Origin: Camelus dromedarius
Lineage: Eukaryota
Reading direction: 5' to 3'
NCBI RefSeq assembly: GCF_036321535.1
Contig: NC_087436.1
Coordinates: forward strand, 71,116,001 to 71,180,000
DNA length: 64,000 bases
The notes under the pieces were generated by a model. The model worked only from the letters and a program-made list of their open reading frames with translations. It was not told the origin of the DNA and searched no databases. A program made the translations under genes and the position numbers. Positions 1 through 14,040 of this stretch are shown here, one piece after another (the stretch's first letter is position 1; each line of letters starts with the position of its first letter).

Positions 1-147
1 GAGGATAAAGGTCAAGCCACTATAACAGAGTCCAAAAATATATTGGCTTAACAAGATAGAGACGTAAATTTTGCTCTCATAAAATTGTACCTGATGTTAG
101 TGGTGCAGTTTAGTGGGAACCTTATTACCATATAGCAGCAGTAAGTA

Positions 148-325
148 TCCCCATTTTACAGGTGAGGAACTGACCTCACAGAGGTGAAGGGAATTCTCTA
201 AGATCACGTAATAAGGGAGCAATGGAGCCAAATTCTAACTGGTATCAGCATTTAATGGGTGTTTATTATGTGGCGTGCACTGTGCTAAGCTTTTTACAGG
301 CATCATCTCACTGAATCCTTATATA
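148..325 (+). mobile_element. MIR SINE fragments
   Basis: Core CCCATTTTACAGGTGAGGAACTGA...AGAGGTGAAG, plus a second MIR 5' part. Confidence 0.7.
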
Positions 326-3321
326 CTATGAGGTAAATGTTTTCACTACCCACCACTTCAGACAGACACAAAAGCTGAAGCCTAGAAACATGAAGTATCC
401 TTCCACTTTGTGGATTCTTACAGCATGTACTGTGAGTGTCAGGTATGTGAGAAGCCAATCAGCTGCTGCCATACATCGTTTCCAATCCGTTCTATGAGTA
501 TCTCTTTTTTCCAAGGGAAATTGTAAGCATGTTGATTTAATGCTTATGGTGTACTCAGTTTGTCCAGCCCCTATTCCTCCATTCCATGCCGAGCATATAG
601 CTAGGAATCAAGATGTTCCAAACTGAATTATGCCCAAGAATTGGGTTCGTAACTGAATCTAGTAAAATCATGGAGACAATAACTTCTCTGTGCCTATCCT
701 CTTCGGGATGTTTTCTTCAGAGTGTCCATTATCCATTGTTGTAGAAAGACAGGGAAAGAGAACTAGGTTTCCTATGGAATGAAATTTTTAATTCTTCTAA
801 AGTTAGATTAAATAAATGCCACTGAACCACAGGTGGTTATAAGGACTCTGGTTTCACATCAGAAAAGCATTTGATGGATATGAAGAGCCTTGAAATTATG
901 AGCTCAAGGTGGTCAAGCCAAAGGTTGCTCAGACTGGCAGGTCTAAGACCAGGGCTGCCAGTTTAACTCAGTATAAACTAGCAAAATGGGGGGGAAAGGA
1001 CAGAGTCTTGTCCGGGTCTTTCTCCTCAAGGCCAGCAATTTAGAAACTGCCTACCAAGAAAGATTATAGATGAAGAGAGGAGTGAGAGAACTGGGCTGCG
1101 TCTTGATCACACAGACCTATCCCAGTGCTCAAAATGAAGTGAAGAGTGATGGGTGTACCTGCTACTTGCTGACCTACTATTCATGCTGACTCCAGGACTT
1201 TCACTTTTGTCCTTGAGAATCTAATGAACCACAGCAAACACTAAGGTCTTATGGTTTTATGGTTTTATATCTTTATGGCTTGTGTCTATAGCATTTCCCT
1301 GTTCAATTCAAGGGAGTCAAAATCTGAATTTAACCTCTAAACAATTTCATGATTAGTTTGCTATTATTTAATACTTATACTTGGGAAGCTGATGTAACAT
1401 GTGGCATGAAACAAGGATGTGTCATACATTTTTTAAAAACTGAAAATATTTTAAGTGTTTAATGTATTTGGAGGAGCAAATCTGATCATCTTCCTTGTAT
1501 CTCATAAAAACATTCAAATTGTAATACAAAATATACCAAAAGCAATAAGTGCATAACATTGCTGAGAACAGGAGGTGGTAATTAGCATATAAAGTATTTT
1601 TGCAAAAAGATGGGAAGTAGATAGAATCACACTGATGGGTGAACCACAAAAGAATACAGAACACAGATAGAGGAAGACTGCAGAGAACTGGGAAACGTTT
1701 TTCAAGAAAAAGCAAGGTTTACTGGTCCTTCCAACCCACCCATGATATTTTGTATTCTTTCCAACCTCCACATGCAGAGGCATTTACCTAGAAGCTAAAC
1801 TATAATTGCACTATGTATATGCTGCTGACTGAAACAGAAATACAAGCTAAAATGTTTTCATTTAAATGTAGTTTTAAATGTGTTGAAATAAGATAATTGA
1901 AGATTAATGCCCTATAATGTCAAACATAAAACTGGATTTTTATAATAAACACAAACTTGATGAAATTCCATAGCACAGAGAAGGTTAATACATCAAGGAT
2001 CACAGAAGATAGATACACCTGTTTCCACTCTGCCCTGGATTCCCTAGAAAGTCACTCATACATCCTCTGAAACCACAGTTTCAAATGAATTGTTCTAGGT
2101 GTCAGCAGATAGCCCTTGCTTCCTCTTTTCTCCAGGCATGAACATGAGCGAAGCCTATCACAAGCACTGAGGAGGACCGTACACCAGTCTTCCCCTGCTA
2201 ATACCTTGTCACGTTTTCTTTAGTTACTTGCTCAACTATGGCTTTTCCGGGTGCTGCCCAGTGGCCATGCTGCACGATGCTGTCACACTACAGGACGTAA
2301 CTACAGAAAGATGGCGACGTCATCTCTTTGCCCCTACTGTGCAGTTGTATGTCTTATTTTTGCCTCCCTCCAAAGAGAAGAGAGAATCAAGGTTGATTAT
2401 AATCCATAAAGTAGAAAAAATACTGTATACAGCAACTTCTGATTGCTATACAACTCCATAGGTTCTTAGAAGAGCCGGAAGAAATAAAGGGAAGGGAATG
2501 CCAATGTGTGCATTAGCTGAGCTGTTGGATATTTGTACAGTTTAATCTTTTCATTCCGTGGTTTATTGCATTATCTGCTATAGGAGGACCGTACTATGTG
2601 CTTGGAGGCATACAATTATTATTGTGATTTTTTCCATTGTATCTTTGATGACTCACGTATACATAAACACAAGGTCACAGGTATATTAATAGACACGAAA
2701 GGCAAAATTACCATGAGATGGTTTTATCCCATTTCACACTGTAAAGTTAGCAGGTGCTATAACTTAATGTTGCCAGTGATTTTTTTTTCATTCACAGAAA
2801 CTTTATGAATTTGTTACTGAATATTTAATGCACTTAAGTACATAACTTACCATCTGTGCCTCAGGTTTTTCATCTTTGAAATGACAAAATGAGTAGTTTT
2901 CCTACTATCTTTTCAACTGAAAAACCTTTTAACTGAAATAACACATTGTAGAGTGAAACAAACCAAAAACGTATAATTTCCTCATTGGAATGGATTTCAG
3001 CCTCGTCTGCACCTATCCACTTTCCCCCCACACCTCCCAAGTGCCCTCTCAGGCCTCCTGGCTCTGGGAGTACTCCTGAAACTACCGGATCAGATTCTTC
3101 TCTAAGGTTCTTTTTGGCTCTAACATTCAGATGATGTAAAAACAGGAAGCTCAAAACTGCATCTCACAAAGGATTGTTGCTATTTAGCAGGAAAGAGAGG
3201 GAAAAGTCATGTCCACAACATTTGCACTTGATGAATACTGATGAATAAAGGTGACAAATTAGAATAAAGACATATTTCAACATGAAGGTAAAACCACTGA
3301 GAGGGAACCAAGAACTTCACC

Positions 3322-3632
3322 TTGCCACTCAGAGTGTGGTCCCCAATAGGAAATGCAGGATCTCAGGCCCTGCTCCACACGTACCGAATTAGAATCTGAA
3401 ATTTAACAAGATGTAAAGATGACTCATTTTATCTTAGTGTTTGAGAAACACTCTGCCAAAGCGATGACTCAACTCCAGCTGCCTTTCAGAATCGCCTGGA
3501 AAGTTTCAAAGAAACACTGACACCTGATCACCATCCCCAGATATTCTCTTTTAATTGGTCTGTAGTGGGATGCCGTTAGTTTGATAGTTTCCAGGGGATT
3601 TAAACATGTGCCTAGGGGTGAAAAACACCATT
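3322..3632. mobile_element. MER5A/MER5B-like hAT-Charlie DNA transposon remnants
   Basis: CTCAGAGTGTGGTCC...GAAATGCAGGATCTCAGGCCC...AGAATCTGAAATTTAACAAGAT, then AGAATCGCCTGGAAAG...TTAATTGGTCTG. Confidence 0.65.
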
Positions 3633-4661
3633 CTAAGCAAACAATAGAAAGCTACTCAAGGAACTAGGAAAATCTTGCAGGCGTCACTGAACAGAAGGCA
3701 TGTTTCAATCCAGACCCCCAAGGAAGAGCCAGGCATTGTGATTAATGACTGAGACACTCTGCTGAGAAAGGTACATGTCTGTGTATGCTTCTCAGCAGAG
3801 CGATCTGATGACTCTCAGTGGGATGGGTACTGGCATTCTGAAGCAAGTGTCTGAGGACAATTCATCTGACAAACTGATGGCTGAGTATTGTGGAGACAGA
3901 GATAGAAAAACATTACCTATGAAAAGTAAAGATATGGATGGCTTATTAAGATAGTTTCAAAGGACTTTAATTTTCAGATCACAGATTATGAAAACAAACA
4001 TATGCACTGTCAGCCATGGATAAATGCATCTCATAAAGCATGAAAAAATGTTTTTAAGTTAGACAAGAGTTAATTTGTCCACGTTGTCCACTCAGAGAAG
4101 ATTTGGCGTCCAACAGAGCTCCATGGAGACCAACTATAGCCAAATCCTTTAGGCAATTAATTCAAGAAGAACACTGAGGTAGCACATCAGGCCACTGGCC
4201 CACCACATAGCTAAAATTGTGAGACGTAAACCCTAGACTTCTCATCACACCGGAAGAGCGGCTGGTGACCTTCCAACCAACGAATGTGAAGAGGCAGAGC
4301 TGCACTGGATCCCAACCCATAGTCACAACAGGGCAGGGACTCTTGCTTCTCGAATCATGCAGCAAAAGACAGGGTCTCTCTCCTGGAGTTTGATGTCTCG
4401 TGTGACTAGATCCCTGTGTGTTATTTCAGAATTCTGTGGGTAGCAGTATACCCACACACATCTGATTCTGCTACTGTCTGCTTTTCTTCCCAAAAGTATT
4501 ATTCCACAGAACTGAGTGTGTGTGATCACCCATGTTTGCTTAACAAATATGTTTGAAGAGTTATCAAAATGATCAGTGAAGGTACAAGGTGAAATCTGTT
4601 AAAAAAAAAGAAAATTCACGCAAAACTAGATGCTTGGATGGAAGATGGGTACTTTGGAGGG

Positions 4662-5060
4662 CGTGATAGCTAACTTTATGTGTCAATTTGGCAGAGCCAC
4701 AGTGACCAAAGATGATTGTGGATGCTTCTGTGCTGGGATTTTTAGGTGAGATTATCATTTGAATTCGTGGATTTTGAGTAAAGCAGTTGCCCTCCATATG
4801 GGTGGGCTTTTCCCATTAGTTGAAGGCCTGAACAGAACAAAAGCTTGACCTCCCCTAAGCAATAACAATTTCTTGCCAGCAGGTGGCTTTCTGATCTGAA
4901 CTGTAATATCAGCTTTTCCTGGGGTCTTCAGCCTGCCAGCACCCCCTGGAGATTTTGGACTTGCCAGCCTCCAGAATCACAATCACATAAACCAGTTCCT
5001 TACACCCCCCTCCACACACACATTCTGTTGATTCCATTTCTCTGCAGAACCTTGACTAAG
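4662..5060 (+). mobile_element. MLT2-type ERVL LTR
   Basis: AACTTTATGTGTCAATTTGGC...GAGTAAAGCAGTTGCCCTCC...TTTCTCTGCAGAACCTTGACTAA. Confidence 0.8.
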
Positions 5061-7171
5061 AGAGAGAGCAACAAGTACAGTGCAGGGAAAAATGTTTCCA
5101 AGTAATTCTCAGCAGGCAACAAAGAAGCCAAGTACCATGCGGGATCATTTCAGATTTAAAGATCTATATACCAATTTACAGACTGTGGGTGAGAAACAAT
5201 CCTGAACTTGAAATGTTTACTCTTGGTGACAAATAGGTCATTGGCATCACTAAGGTGATAACACTTACTTAAAATGCCAATGTGACCATAGATCAAATGT
5301 AGGTTGTTCATAATAAATAAATACAATTATTCATGCACAACAATAAGTAATGCTAAGAAAGTAAAAATTCTAATAAAGCAAAAAAAATATTGCTCTGTTT
5401 CTTCATCTCTAACAAAATGAATGCGAGCTAGTAAATTCTAAGAGATGATCTGAGATAACAAAGGGCTAGATTGTCAAATCAGCCACCTGTTGAATCAGAG
5501 ATCTTCCCCGGTATCAAGCTTTACAAACAGTTTCAAAAATGCTAGTAATTAGGAGACCAAGGTGAAGCAAGAAAGACCTGGAACATCCAATGCAATATTG
5601 GGATATGCTATGGTCCCAGATTAACACAAGTCCTCTGACGTGGGAGATCGTATCACTTACACAGAGGGAGATATTTAAGTCCTGCAACATCTCCATTTTA
5701 TCAGAGTGTTACACAGCTTATGTAACATTTTCCAGGAATTCATGCACCATAAATCCATAGATTTCAGGTTTCTTAACCATAAGCAATCCTGGACAATCAG
5801 ACACATCCTGCCAAAGCATTCTACAGTTAAGGACACTCTTACTAGCAGATAGCATCCATTCAAAAGGACATCTGTCATTCCTATATGTACAAGGAGATCT
5901 GATAATTTATTTGAAATTTTACTTCAGAGGAAATGTAGATATAAATATAGTTATTAATCACACTGAAGGTCAGAACACAATAGGGAATAACATTTAACAT
6001 AAAAGAAGAAATATTAAATGTCAGAAAATGTTTTATGTCCTTTTATAATTAATGATTAATAATTCACTACAGATAAAATATCTTTCTCTCTTTGAAGGTC
6101 ATTATTAATATAAAAATATGGCATGTATGATAGATAAACAAATCAAAGGACATCTAAATAATTCTGTAGACAAACTACCAATCTAATTATTTGACAGTTT
6201 AGTGTTTATAGAGAAATACCATAACTCACCACAGTAAATTTTATTACTCTGACTTGGATGAGCAATTTTTTTCTGGCATTCTTAACATGCACATGAGGGA
6301 CTATTCCTTTATTTCTGCACTCTTTCAGCATACTACCTCGGAGAAAAGTGCACTGAATTATTTTAACCACATCTGGGAATAGTTAATAGTAAAAACAGGA
6401 TTTGAAAGATCCTTCCTCTGTGTGTTCATCACTTAGCACGTGAAGTCTCTTTCACAGCCTGCAATTCCGGAATGATGTGCTCCTAAAATCGCAACTTACT
6501 GATTTAAACACAGAAAACATATAAATACAGCCGTGCACTTGCTGCTGAGTGAGGGGTCGTAATTAAGCATAAGCAATTTAGTAAATTGTTTGTAATGTTC
6601 ACTAGAGTGTGTAAATTCTATCTGAGACATAATACTTTACAGGCCTTACCTGCATTTATGAAATCTACTTCAATTTTTTTTCCAGTTCTATTCTGTGAGT
6701 GGGAATTGTTAAGGGCTTCTAAATAAGGGTACTGTGGTATCTTATGGAAAGCGTAGGGCATCTTTTGAAGAGTCTATCTGGTTCACACCCATATTTTTCA
6801 AACTCTTACCACAGGTGTAGCCACCAACATTCCCGTTTATACCATAGGATCCTGCGTTTCTGGAAATAATTGAGTTGGCCAGGGCTGTACACGGGACTCA
6901 GCGTGGGTTAAAGAGAGAAGAAGAGAAGAATGGAAGAAATGTGAAGTGGCCATCACTCGCTTATCTGGGGCACAGTAGAGCAGAGAAAATAAAAGAAAAA
7001 AAAAAAAAAAAAAGAGAAAGCTGGTCGACAAAGAAAGATGAATGTACTAAATGCCTGGTGAGCAGCAAAAAGAGGTAACATATCTTTTGCAGACTCCTCC
7101 TAAGATCTCTCTGTGATCCTGCCCTAAAGTTTCCATGAGAACCCACAATATCCTTGCAAAAAAGCTCCTTT

Positions 7172-7414
7172 CGTTCAAGATGTGCAGACACTTACTATAT
7201 ATAAAATAGATATACAACAAGTCTCTACTGTACAGCACAGCAAACTATATTTAATATCTTATAGTAACCTATAATGAAAAAGAATATGAAAACTAATATA
7301 TATGTAAATATATGACTGAAACATTATGTGTACACCAGCTATTAGCACAACACTGGTAACTGACTATACTTCAATTAAAAAAAAATATATAAAATTTTAA
7401 AATTTAAAAAATTT
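7172..7414 (+). mobile_element. 5'-truncated lineage-specific L1 3' end with degenerate TSD
   Basis: ACTGTACAGCACAG...GTAACCTATAATGAAAAAGAATATG...ACTATACTTCAATTAAAA; flanked by AAAAGCTCCTTTC and AAAAGCATCCTTTC. Confidence 0.8.
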
Positions 7415-7604
7415 AAAAGCATCCTTTCTTGCTTAACCTAGTTTAAATCACTTCCTATTATTGGTATTCCAAAAATTCTAAAACAATGCTCATTTATATA
7501 TCCCCAGGTATGTGGCGTGAACTTTATCTACATTGACTCATCCAATCCCTATCAAAACAGTAACATGGGTATTATTTTCATTCTACAGAGAATTAAATAT
7601 GTGA

Positions 7605-7655
7605 GAGTATATGTATATGTATATATATACACACACACACACGCACACACACACA
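7605..7655. repeat. Compound (TA/TATG)n(CA)n microsatellite
   Basis: Seen directly. Confidence 0.85.
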
Positions 7656-10600
7656 ATAGCTATATAATAAACCCTATATACATAGGGGCTATTATCATCA
7701 CCCTGTTAGATTGAGAGTTCCTTCAGGATGGACCATAGTCTGATCTCCCAGTTTCTGATACAATACATAGCACGTCATAGGTGTTCACTAAATGCTTCTT
7801 GATTGAATGAATAAGGCTGAAATATGTGCAGTGGTATACTATAATTTCAGTATATGATTATACATTTAGTATATAATTTTAGTATACAATTGGAATAAAA
7901 CTAAAGTGCTTTCTCCCCCAGAGACAGAATGAATCAAATGCAGAGGAATAATGATCATGAATGGACTGCATTCACCTTCCACTGAACTCGCCAATTAAGG
8001 GCGCATTATGCTCTAACATTAAAATCACATTTCTCAAAGTGTCTTTATTTTTATCTCATTATCTCTTTTTAGCTCTAAGAAAGACAAGATTATTGATGAT
8101 TGCCATCAAGCTTTTAAAACAATTATGACTAAATTTTTACAGAAATAATGATCAAAATTAGCCTCCACTTAACAAATGAAGAATTTCTCAAGGTCACACA
8201 TAGAGTACACAATCAAGCCAGGTCTAGAAATCGGGTCCTCTATAATAAAGTTTAATGCTATTCCTACCACAAGTCTCTGTCTTTGCTGTACTGAGAGTAA
8301 GGCAAAGACAAACGCAAACATGATAGAATGCTACCCAAAAAACCCCGCATAATTTGGGTGATATAGCCTTTAATTTCAATAGTTTCCCCAATGATGTGCT
8401 TTAATGTCTGTTAAATAGCTTATTATGTGCCAGATGATTTTCTAATATTTTATATTTTAATATTAACTAATAATATCTAATTTTAGTTTTAATGTTAACT
8501 CTACTACTCATTTAACCAGATAATCAGATTCAAGAAGCCAGAGAAGAAAATGAACATGCCTAAGAGGTAGACACCCTTGTTACCCCCTTTTACACCTGAG
8601 GAAACAGAGGTCCAGAATGTTGAGTTGTCCACGGTTATCTGAACAGGAAGTGGTGCTTCTGTGATGTGAACCTGGAACCTCCAAGCAACCACTACATTAT
8701 ACAGACTCCCCAGTGATTCTACAAATGATTCAGTGTCTCCAATTTGAAATGCTTCACTTTGACAAAAGCATCACAGTTTCATTGTCTAATGATCATATTT
8801 TATGTATAACTTCCTGTAAATTTTTTTATTTAAAATATTTTAAAATATAAAAAATAAACCAGCACAAAATAAAGTCACTAATAAATCCACCTACAACCCC
8901 AAAGCTAGCATTATTAACTTTTTATTATGGAATATTTTTCAGTGTTTTCCTCATACTTTTTTGTTTGTTTTTACAAACATGAACCATTTCCCCTGAAGCT
9001 TCAGTAACTATAGGTAGAGATGAAATCTTGACTTCACAAGCGCTTCCAAAAGTCCCTCTGGGCATCTAGCAAAATGCTACCAGGTACACTCAGTACCCAG
9101 CATCATGGTCTGGACAATAAGGTTCTCCGCTGGGTGCTGCTACCCAGCAAACACCACTACTCCAAATGGATGTCACTTCTTTCCGCTGGTGACTGTGCTC
9201 TCCACTGGCCACCATTGCCATTCTACCATGTGTCACCACTGGTATTTTACATCTCTCCAATTGGCAGAGGTCCATCGTTAATAAGCTGAGGAAGTGGGGG
9301 ACACTTCCTTGGCTGAATGAATGGGTAAATGAGGGAACTCCTAACACACCTGCTCAGTCTCCAGTGGTTTGCAAAGTTTTCTATCAGTTTCTTCTTCTCT
9401 CCTTCAGCCTTGTATGCAAGCATGGATCTGTAGTGTTAGCAGACAGGCTAATCACAGGTTCTGGCTCAGTTCATTGAGTTTTCTCACCCCCAGAAGGGTC
9501 CTGAGGACTCTGCACATTGATTTCTCCTTGGCCTCCCTGGTCCATGTGTCAGACAGAGCAAACAAGCTTGAGTTATCTCCCAAGAGGCCGCTTTTTTTCC
9601 AGCAAATACATTTTTGTGAACTTGTTGGGTTGCTGGCTGGCAACCCATCTGCACAGTATATTTAACATATTTTCTTCTTGGCAGTAAGCCTTTTATTGTT
9701 TGAATATTTTCTGTATTGCTAGACAAAAAAAAGGACACAACAGCCTTTTAAAATTGTTTTTTATTTTTAAATTTTTAACAATTTAAAATTTATTTTAAAA
9801 ATTTTAAACTGTGTTTTTAGTGAGACTGGACACTTACTATATTTCTTCTTTGGCAATTTTGTCTTTTGATATTCTGAATGCATTCCTCATCACTTTAAAA
9901 AGAATCAAATAATTAAGGAGGATGTCCAGAATAAAAGGAATTACTCAGGATGAAGGCAAGATTTCTAAAAACAGCTGTATTTTGCATATCTCGGACTTCC
10001 TCTCTCTTCTCCTCACACAAGAATGAAAGCTTACTGAGTATAAAATTACGAATCATAAATTTCCTCTCAGCACAGCATTTCCTGGTAGTTAGCCCTATAT
10101 GGGAAAAATTAGTCAGACTGACTTCTGCCACACGGCTGCTTATTTTGATATTGTTTTTTATGGTTCATGTTTTTGAAATGAATCCAAGGTGAGTTTTTCT
10201 TTGTTTTTAAATTTCAAGGATGATGTTTTCATCATTTTTTAATGAGACTTTGGAGAATGCCAGCAGTGTTCAGGCTCAAGGTTGTTGTTTATGTTTATTT
10301 TAATCAGAAATTTTATCTTATATCATAGATTTCATTACTATTTTTGCTTCTTTTTTTTTTTTCCTTAAATCTTCTTGGGAGTGCCTGCTTTCTAAGATCT
10401 GGTCCCCATCTTGTTTCATGCATCGTTCCTGTCATCCCTGTCCTTTTCCTTCTCTCTGCATTCACCATCCAAAGTTCGCTGCTGGGGCTGCTTTAACATG
10501 AGGCAAATTAGATGTTAAGGTGAAGAGCATTAGTAGCAATAAAATCAGTAATTACATAATGAGAACAGTTGTATTTCATAAGGCATTTGCAAAAATTCTG

Positions 10601-10669
10601 ATCTTACATGCAAGTAAATGCAGATAACAAAATAGCCCCCAAATATATATAAAGCGTACACTGACAGAT

Positions 10670-11094
10670 AAGCAGACCTCTACATGATAATCCTCAGAAC
10701 TGGGAACGTGTTACCTTATATGGCTAAAAGGCCACTACAGTGTGATTGAGGTTAAGGACGGTGAAATGGGGAAGATGATCTTGGATGAAAACAGGTGAGC
10801 CCAATAGAATCACAAGTCCTCAAAAACAGAGGCTATTTCCCCGCTGTTGCCAAAGAAAGATGGTAGCAGGAGAAAGATCTGATATCGCCCCATTGCTGGT
10901 TCTGAAATGTAGGGGACTATGTGCAAGGACCAGAGAGAAGCCTCCACAAGCTGGAAAAAGTGAGGAAATGGATTCTCCCCTTGTGCCTTCAGAAAGGGAT
11001 GTCTGCTGACACCTTGATTTTAGCCCAGTGATACCAGTATTGGTCTTCGGATCTACAGAACAGTAAGTTAACAAATTTCGGTTGTTCTAAGCCA
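10670..11094 (+). mobile_element. MLT1 (MaLR) LTR, MLT1D-like
   Basis: TGTTACCTTATATGGC...GCCCAATAGAATCACAAGTCC...CTGACACCTTGATTTTAGCCCAGTGA...TTGTTCTAAGCCA. Confidence 0.8.
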
Positions 11095-11155
11095 TACACA
11101 CACACACACACACATATGACCATGTGTATTATATATTATACACACACACACACAA

Positions 11156-11478
11156 TGTTAAAATAACTAAACAAGGAAGCCATTATGTAAACAAACCAAA
11201 CCCAAGCCAGAATCAACGCACTGAATTCTGAGAAAGTGAAACGTAGGAACAGCCAATCGCAAAGTGCCAGCCAGGCTTTCCCAATAAGACAACCCCTTGA
11301 GCTCTAGCCAGTCTAACAGTTCCCTTGCTGTTCTTCTATGTAGGCTCTTTAAAAACCTCTCTCCTGCGCCTGTCGATGGAATGCTCCCCACCACTTCCAG
11401 TTTGGCAACGCTCAATTCAAATTGTTTGCGCGAATAAAATCTTGAAAATTTTAATGTGCCTCAGTTTATCTTTTAACA
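11156..11478 (+). mobile_element. Solo ERV1 LTR, LTR37-like
   Basis: Termini TGTTAAAA...TTTTAACA (8-bp inverted repeat); AATAAA followed by AAAATTTTAATGTGCCTCAGTTTATCTTTTAACA. Confidence 0.75.
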
Positions 11479-13449
11479 ATATCTCTATACCTGTATCTAT
11501 TCATACTCACTCCAGTCCAAAAGCAGAGGGTTCATTCTAGCATTCCGGCATTGCTTCTTTGCTCATTTAGAACTTTCTCTGACAGCGAGAAACCTGGCTC
11601 TCTTTATGTACAATCTTACAGAATATCCGACGTAACTGTTGCTCAACAATAGACATATGACACCTTGATTTTAGTCCAGTGATACCAGTACTGGCCTTTG
11701 GACCTACAGAAATGGAAAGTAGTTTCAAAACTGCTAGCCCATACCCCTGTGAGGAATAAAAAATCATCAATTTGTGGCTCCCGCCGGTTAGGAATCAATC
11801 ACCGAACACTGTAAGAAGAAAAGCAGCTCACTTTTCTGCCTTTCTTTCCTGGGTTGACACTTCATTTTTTCATTGCTTTGTTCATTTTGAACTTATTTTT
11901 GTTCAAAGGCTCACAAGATTGTTCAAAGCTCTCTTCAGTTTCCGCACCTCTTAACAACTATTTTTGCTCGACTTCTAAGCATCTCTAACCACGCAGCTTC
12001 TGAAGCAACAAACGCTTCAAAGGAAAAATGTATAAAATGCCAAACTCATCTCAGTGAGTTTCATTTTTTCCTCTGGAATCTTGGCTCCTTTGTTGCAGTC
12101 CAAAGCTTTCAAACAGATGGGGTATTTCATCGTTTTGCTATTTTTTTTTTTCTTCAGCTTTTCAGTTGCTCCTGGGAGCTTTGGTCAGCAACAAGCTATT
12201 CCTTAACAGCTAGAAGGGGAAATCTCCAAAGGCTGGATGGTAATTTTAGTGTTTAGTTTTATTTTGTTTCTCAGTTAATCCAAAATTAGCAGCCTGCAAC
12301 TGTAACTTCTCCTGTCTCCATTTCTTATAGTGAATTAGCTTTGCTTTTAAATGGAATTGCAGTTCTTTACCACTTTAGGACTTCTAATGGGAACTTTGAA
12401 GAGAACACATGAGACTTTGCAAGCAGGATATCGTATTGGTCTGGAAGTCTCTACAGTTTTGGAGTCAAGCTTCTTTTTTTCCTACTCAAAGACTACACTA
12501 CTTTTTTAAGTCAAAAAACTTTCATGATTAATTTGGGTAATTCCAGAATTATTTTCATGAAGTCATTTGCCCTGGGGAGTATCTTCAATCATGGATATAT
12601 TACCAAAAAGCGTCTCAGGCACTTTTGAAAAAAATTAGAGTAAATTAAAATGTGAAAAATGTTCACAAATCAAAAGAACATACGAATTGAATAGCTTTCA
12701 TCTTTTCAAATCCACCATTAAAAGAATTATTTATTCAATTGTATATTTCAAAAATGTGGTGTCAATTATTTTCTCTATGGATAAACATAGTAAGTATTCC
12801 AAAAGCGATGCTGTGTGAATGATGTAGGCATGTCTTCCTCCATATAAACTCCTGTTTCCCACTGAGTATTCAGGTGGGTTAGCTGAGACCCAGGGGGCAG
12901 CAGAGTGAACTAAATATATTGAGTTAATGTGAAAGTATCTTGGAAGCTCTCCTCTCTCTCTGTTCCCTTATTACCTAGGCAAAATTAGAACCAGTTCTTC
13001 CTCTCAACACTCATGTACTTGTCTTGCCAATTATTTTCTTCTTTTCATGTTCAAAGCCATCAGTCACCTTCTGTGTAACCTGATTTTGTCTGTGTGAGCC
13101 AGAGGTCATGGAGTAAAATATGAGGTTTCACACAGTCCTTCTTGAAGCACATGCTTATTCACTTATCAAATATTCATCTTGCCTTGGGAGAGTGCTAAGA
13201 AAATAAAAATGAATGAGGCATAACCCATGTTTTCAGGGAGGCTTATTGTTTTAGAGGACAGATATCTTCACAAAAAGATTTTATACAAAGTATAACAATA
13301 ACTAACCTTCGTGTGGTGCTTCACAGATTACACCATCTACTAACATGCAGCATATAAATTAATTCCATGATATACAGTTCACATTGTAAATGTCTGTCTT
13401 CAATGTATGTAATACTACATGTAAATTTTAGCAAACAGTTACTCCCAGG

Positions 13450-14040
13450 CAGCAAATAAAAGTAATAATACAGACCAATCTCATTCATGAACATAGATAT
13501 AAATTTTTAAATAAATAGCAAATCAAAGCCAACAATGTATAGATGCTTTAAAAAAATACATCTTTTGATTTAACTTAGGAATTCACAAATGGTTTAACAT
13601 TAGAAAATGCATTTAAATTACCATATCTCAATAGAAGCAGAATAAGCCTATGATAAAATAAGATACTTGTTCATAACTTTTAAAAATACTGGAAAACTAA
13701 AACTATGGGGGAGTTCCTTAATAAAGCTAGTATTTTAATTACACAACAAACATCATACTTAATAGTGAAACCTTCGAATAATCTTTAAAATCAAGAATCA
13801 GATGAGAATTCAACATTGTAAAACCAGCCAGTTCATTAACAGATATTAAAAAAGAAAGAGAATAAATATTGGGAAGGAAGAAATAAGAGTGCCATTAGTC
13901 ACAGTTAAAACGATTATTACATAGAAAAAACAAAGAATCTACAGACAGATTTTAAAATTAGCAAAAGGAACTAGCTCAGTATGGTTGGTAGATATAAGAT
14001 TAAGACACATAAGTCAACTACAGTTGAGAAAAAATATTTT
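13450..14040 (+). mobile_element. Ancient degraded L1 ORF2 fragment
   Basis: CAGACCAATCTCATTCATGAACATAGAT..., AACATCATACTTAATAGTGAAA, A-rich + strand. Confidence 0.7.
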
